A stretch of 59,585 nt of DNA, from IMG/VR virus record IMGVR_UViG_3300011409_000288, positions 1 to 59,585 of that record; one strand, given 5' to 3'. The position numbers and the translations under genes are program-made. Positions 57,101-59,585 of the stretch are shown here, in pieces (position 1 is the stretch's first letter; each line of letters begins with the position of its first letter). Source of the stretch: a virus (taxonomy: Duplodnaviria; Caudoviricetes). Under the pieces are notes generated by a model, which had not been told where the DNA came from, did not search any database, and saw only the letters and a list, made by a program, of their open reading frames with translations.

Positions 57101-58498
57101 TTTTCTGGCAAAACGGGCTACATCTACCGCAATCACTTCCATCAAGATTTTCCAGGCTCAAAGCATGTCCATCTATCCTTTATTGAGCGTATTCCCTCTA
57201 CGAACACTCTCTACTTTTATCATAATACCTTCACCGGAGGCGGATTTGCGACGGATTGTGGCTGCGGCGATTTCGGGACGGTTGCCTCTATGGAAAATGT
57301 GCGTGTGGTGAATAATATTTTGACAGGCCCCGATATGAACATTTCCTCCCATGGCCTCAATGGCAACCCTGGTACGACCGGCTATATTGGCATGTGGAGT
57401 TATAATCATGTGTCCAATGGGGATAATATTGGTGGGGCGAATAATTATGTGAACAACACGACTGGTGGCGTGAACCCGATCTGGAATGATCCACTCAATC
57501 AGGTCCTGCTTCCTCCCTCTGGGCACGCGGCGGAAAACTCAGCAATCCGCCTGGATCAGACCTGGACGATTGGTGGCACGCCGCGATCAGCACTTCCTGG
57601 GATGGCCGGGGGATATTATCCCGATACGACGCCCCATAAAGGGCGAATACAAGTTGCAGAAGGCGGGGATATTACACCTCCCGTGGTATCCATCACTGCA
57701 CCAGCCAATGGGGCTGCGGTTTCTGGTACTTCTGTAGCAGTCACAGCCAATGCCTCCGATAATGTTGGCGTGGCAGGTGTCCAGTTTAAGTTAGATGGAG
57801 CCAATTTAGGCGCTGAAGATACCACATTCCCTTATGGTATTGTCTGGAATACTACGTTAGCATCGAATGGTGCACATATCCTCACAGCCGTAGCGCGTGA
57901 CGCAGCGGGGAATACTGCCACGTCAACGGGGGTTGGGGTGACAGTCACTGGCGGTGTTGGGCTGACGGTGAGCCCTACAACGGTTTCGCTTGGAGAATCA
58001 GTCACAGCAACATGGTCAAACATTGTTGGGCCGACCAGTACAGACTGGATCGGGCTCTATGCCATTGGGGCGGACAATCTTGATTTTCTGACGTTTGAAT
58101 ATACAGACGGTACGGCTAATGGGTCATTGGCGTATCCTATTCCTCCTGCGCCGTTTGCTATCGGGAATTATGAACTGCGGTTATTCGCCAATGATGTGTT
58201 TACCCTCCTTGCGACGTCGGAAACGCTGACGGTCGATGATGGGACGTTAGGGTTTTTGGGGAATCCAACGGGGGTAAGTATCTCGGCAGCAGCAACCCCC
58301 ACGTTTCTTGGGAATCCCATAGGGGTCAGTGTAAGCGCGGGCGCAGTGCCAGCCCCGCTCGGAGATCCGTCCGGGGTGAGTATCTCAGCAGCAGCGGTTC
58401 CTACGTTTCTTGGGGTATCCACCAGCGTGGGGATTGTAGCGAGCGCGGCACCAACCTTTCTCGGGAATCCTACCAATGTTAGCGTAGTTTTTCCATGA
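54188..58498 (+). CDS. Large protein with parallel beta-helices and Ig-like (Big_7-type) domains
   Basis: N-terminal TM, module paralogous to 47628, two DTTPP...DNVGV.GVQFKLDG domains, YYVSTTGSNGNSG...ATLQHA, Asn-rich beta-helix, C-terminal repeats. Confidence 0.85.
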   Translation: MLKYIRWQFQQIQDINSLKRVVLTIILAFGWIWIIPLSVIWFQSIGWLYVQGIKNIHIALPGKNIIEHHVRTLPEDVGGVEGQAACTHYASPSGGGNGLSQGSPFQINNFWSVSSLPGKVLCLLNGTYTGGNSMIIPPAGIQGTSSNPITIRALNDGQVLIDAENNGFALWLAYHGGGANDNAWFVVEGINATRGDEATLLVSGSDNILSRVIGYNGTDTQNDSNIFRIVGFRSRAVDCAGWGNSSRKIFDGAQAGNLDTAGFKRCWGEWNDWPGGGSWPSNTYQGGYNSFDQLHENVLGTTRITGNTPPGDFEGVMRYFHGTGIPPFDMQGSRMLGAIFYTTPGVANMGDSLLSTDEVANLYFEDVALIVDPGRGTSVQPYFMTNCIVNGQCFNNVCQNCLFVDDGAPGFASGNSGWSFPNVHQGNSLAAATGGTSPFVLLPGICKRYENGVLTSTPLWPWPMNQRILDARATSGFPAVDVTATIESILGTIPAACRSDGGDTTPPTVSITAPSNGATVSGALVSVTANASDNVGVVGVQFKLDGVNIGAEDTVAPYAITWNTTSVANGAHALTAVARDAATNTTTSAAVNVTVDNAVAGHYYVSTTGSNGNSGTSAGNAWATLQHAHDTVVAGNTIHVLAGQYFQRVTITKNNLTWTGESGTIIDGSDALTGWSSQGSGMYRVAFPGYAPGALIATANKLSLGRIKDSMMAGTPESCGTGFQVLQSSSSFVCEGRTYWDGWEASFGNNGGFVYIRFRNGENPNTMQVRSSPGDDSSTGTTTGTFTLNGADGNIIENMEIGGGTDAILLYAGANNNIIRNNTLRNGVHQVRIHDSSGNTVLNNTMSERWIGSHAGYAATPMTAGDWWDPTFGDARINQYHHDKFEGADGGEHTGGIYSWNSNDSIFDGNTITGGTVGIHFDAGGTGTHIRNNYIANHSAEGVYFSEYDTLHIYNNRFYNGSHLMRIQRMEFSGKTGYIYRNHFHQDFPGSKHVHLSFIERIPSTNTLYFYHNTFTGGGFATDCGCGDFGTVASMENVRVVNNILTGPDMNISSHGLNGNPGTTGYIGMWSYNHVSNGDNIGGANNYVNNTTGGVNPIWNDPLNQVLLPPSGHAAENSAIRLDQTWTIGGTPRSALPGMAGGYYPDTTPHKGRIQVAEGGDITPPVVSITAPANGAAVSGTSVAVTANASDNVGVAGVQFKLDGANLGAEDTTFPYGIVWNTTLASNGAHILTAVARDAAGNTATSTGVGVTVTGGVGLTVSPTTVSLGESVTATWSNIVGPTSTDWIGLYAIGADNLDFLTFEYTDGTANGSLAYPIPPAPFAIGNYELRLFANDVFTLLATSETLTVDDGTLGFLGNPTGVSISAAATPTFLGNPIGVSVSAGAVPAPLGDPSGVSISAAAVPTFLGVSTSVGIVASAAPTFLGNPTNVSVVFP

Positions 58499-58851
58499 GG
58501 TCCGTGGATATGAAGCGTGTTCTTCTGATCGTCATATGTCTCTTGGTGGGCGCACACATGGTTGCGGCGGAACCTGCAACGGTCAACTGGACAGAGCCAG
58601 CCGCGTCCGCCACGCTCGCCTTTACCACCGTGTATTGGTGTCTCGGAACAAATTGTGCCAATTGGGCCACAGGCCCAGAACTCAAAAAAACCAGCGACAA
58701 CGGCAATGGTGGGGATGCCAAGAGTCTCATCATCGTAGTCCCCCTTGTGCAAGGCACATTGCCGGTGGTGTTCCGGGTCAAAGTGACGGCGACGGATGTC
58801 AATAATAATGAAACATCTGGGGTGATTGCCTCGCATACGTTCACTCCCTAA
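58495..58851 (+). CDS. Secreted FN3/Ig-like small protein
   Basis: Signal peptide; VNWTEP...VTATDVNNNETS. Confidence 0.7.
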   Translation: MRSVDMKRVLLIVICLLVGAHMVAAEPATVNWTEPAASATLAFTTVYWCLGTNCANWATGPELKKTSDNGNGGDAKSLIIVVPLVQGTLPVVFRVKVTATDVNNNETSGVIASHTFTP

Positions 58852-58916
58852 CGATGGCTCATTCCTGGCGCGATGCATAGATTCGCAAGAGTCGCTGGCT
58901 CTTGTAGGTGCGCGGC

Positions 58917-59585
58917 ATGCCGACTTTCTTTCGCAAATCCCTGCCGATCTATCGGCGGCACCGCTGGATACCTACCGGCCTGCGACAAGCCTTTCGTGTT
59001 GAGGTCAATCCCTCCAGGGTGGTGTGGCGGGCGCAGGCCGGCAATATCACAGAAGGATCATCCCCCACATTCGTCACAGCGAGCCCTGCCAGAGTGGTCT
59101 GGCGGGCGCAGACGCCAACACTTATTGCACCCCCCACAATAACTCCTGCCCGAGTGCGATGGCGTGCGCAATCCCCCATTCTCGGGATAGCAAGCGGCAG
59201 CAGCACCAGTCATAGGCTTCTTGCCTTGCCGTCCCGATTGCCAATGGCGTGGCCCCGCGTGCGCCTCCCGGTCCACCCAGGCACGAATGTTGCGCTGCGT
59301 TTCGATGGGAGTACCCGTCTCGACACAACGACGGATCTTCCTGCCATTACGAGCTGGACTGCGATGGCTTGGTGCAAGATCAGCGTAGACCGCAATGACT
59401 ACTCCCTCTTTTTCTCCTTCGGCGCAGTGGTAAATGAAGTCATCAACCTCGAAACAGCGGTGGACGGGACGACCTTACAGATCTGGAATGGTGGATCGGA
59501 AATTAACGGGAGCCCCTTGCTCGTTGGGCAATGGTATCACCTCGCACTGACTGTAGCAGGGACGGGTGCGGGGCAGATACGGGCG
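58917..59585 (+). CDS. LamG/concanavalin-A-like domain protein (runs off window; not in ORF track)
   Basis: My translation: three P(S/A)RV(V/R)WRAQ repeats, ALRFDG, WTAMAWCK, GQWYHLALT; open to the end. Confidence 0.75.
   Translation, partial: MPTFFRKSLPIYRRHRWIPTGLRQAFRVEVNPSRVVWRAQAGNITEGSSPTFVTASPARVVWRAQTPTLIAPPTITPARVRWRAQSPILGIASGSSTSHRLLALPSRLPMAWPRVRLPVHPGTNVALRFDGSTRLDTTTDLPAITSWTAMAWCKISVDRNDYSLFFSFGAVVNEVINLETAVDGTTLQIWNGGSEINGSPLLVGQWYHLALTVAGTGAGQIRA

Overview
This window looks like part of a large tailed-phage or phage-plasmid genome. (1) 1-16 kb is a leftward early region of small genes plus a pentapeptide/DUF5758 protein, ParB, an SNF2 helicase, a DUF4942 methyltransferase and a DUF932 protein. 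It has near-consensus sigma70 promoters sharing a palindromic spacer, two families of intergenic repeats (one folds into a covarying four-way junction), a candidate ~550-nt structured RNA and a 559-bp MITE with a 9-bp target duplication. (2) 16-20.6 kb is a packaging module (ParB-like, TerS-like, 63-bp repeats, TerL). (3) 25-37 kb is a compact conjugation module: MobA/MobL relaxase, VirD4, VirB2/3/4/5/6/8/10/9-like genes, no VirB11, and an intein in the VirB4 Walker A. (4) 37-47 kb is a leftward replication block: Twinkle-like primase-helicase, GapR-like protein, Rep, and a DNA methyltransferase with a complete HNH gene nested out of frame inside it. (5) 47.6 kb to the end is a rightward block of beta-rich/Ig-like proteins, one split by a group I intron. 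All family calls come from recognising motifs by eye; no searches or folding programs were run. No portal, capsid or integrase gene was recognised in the window.
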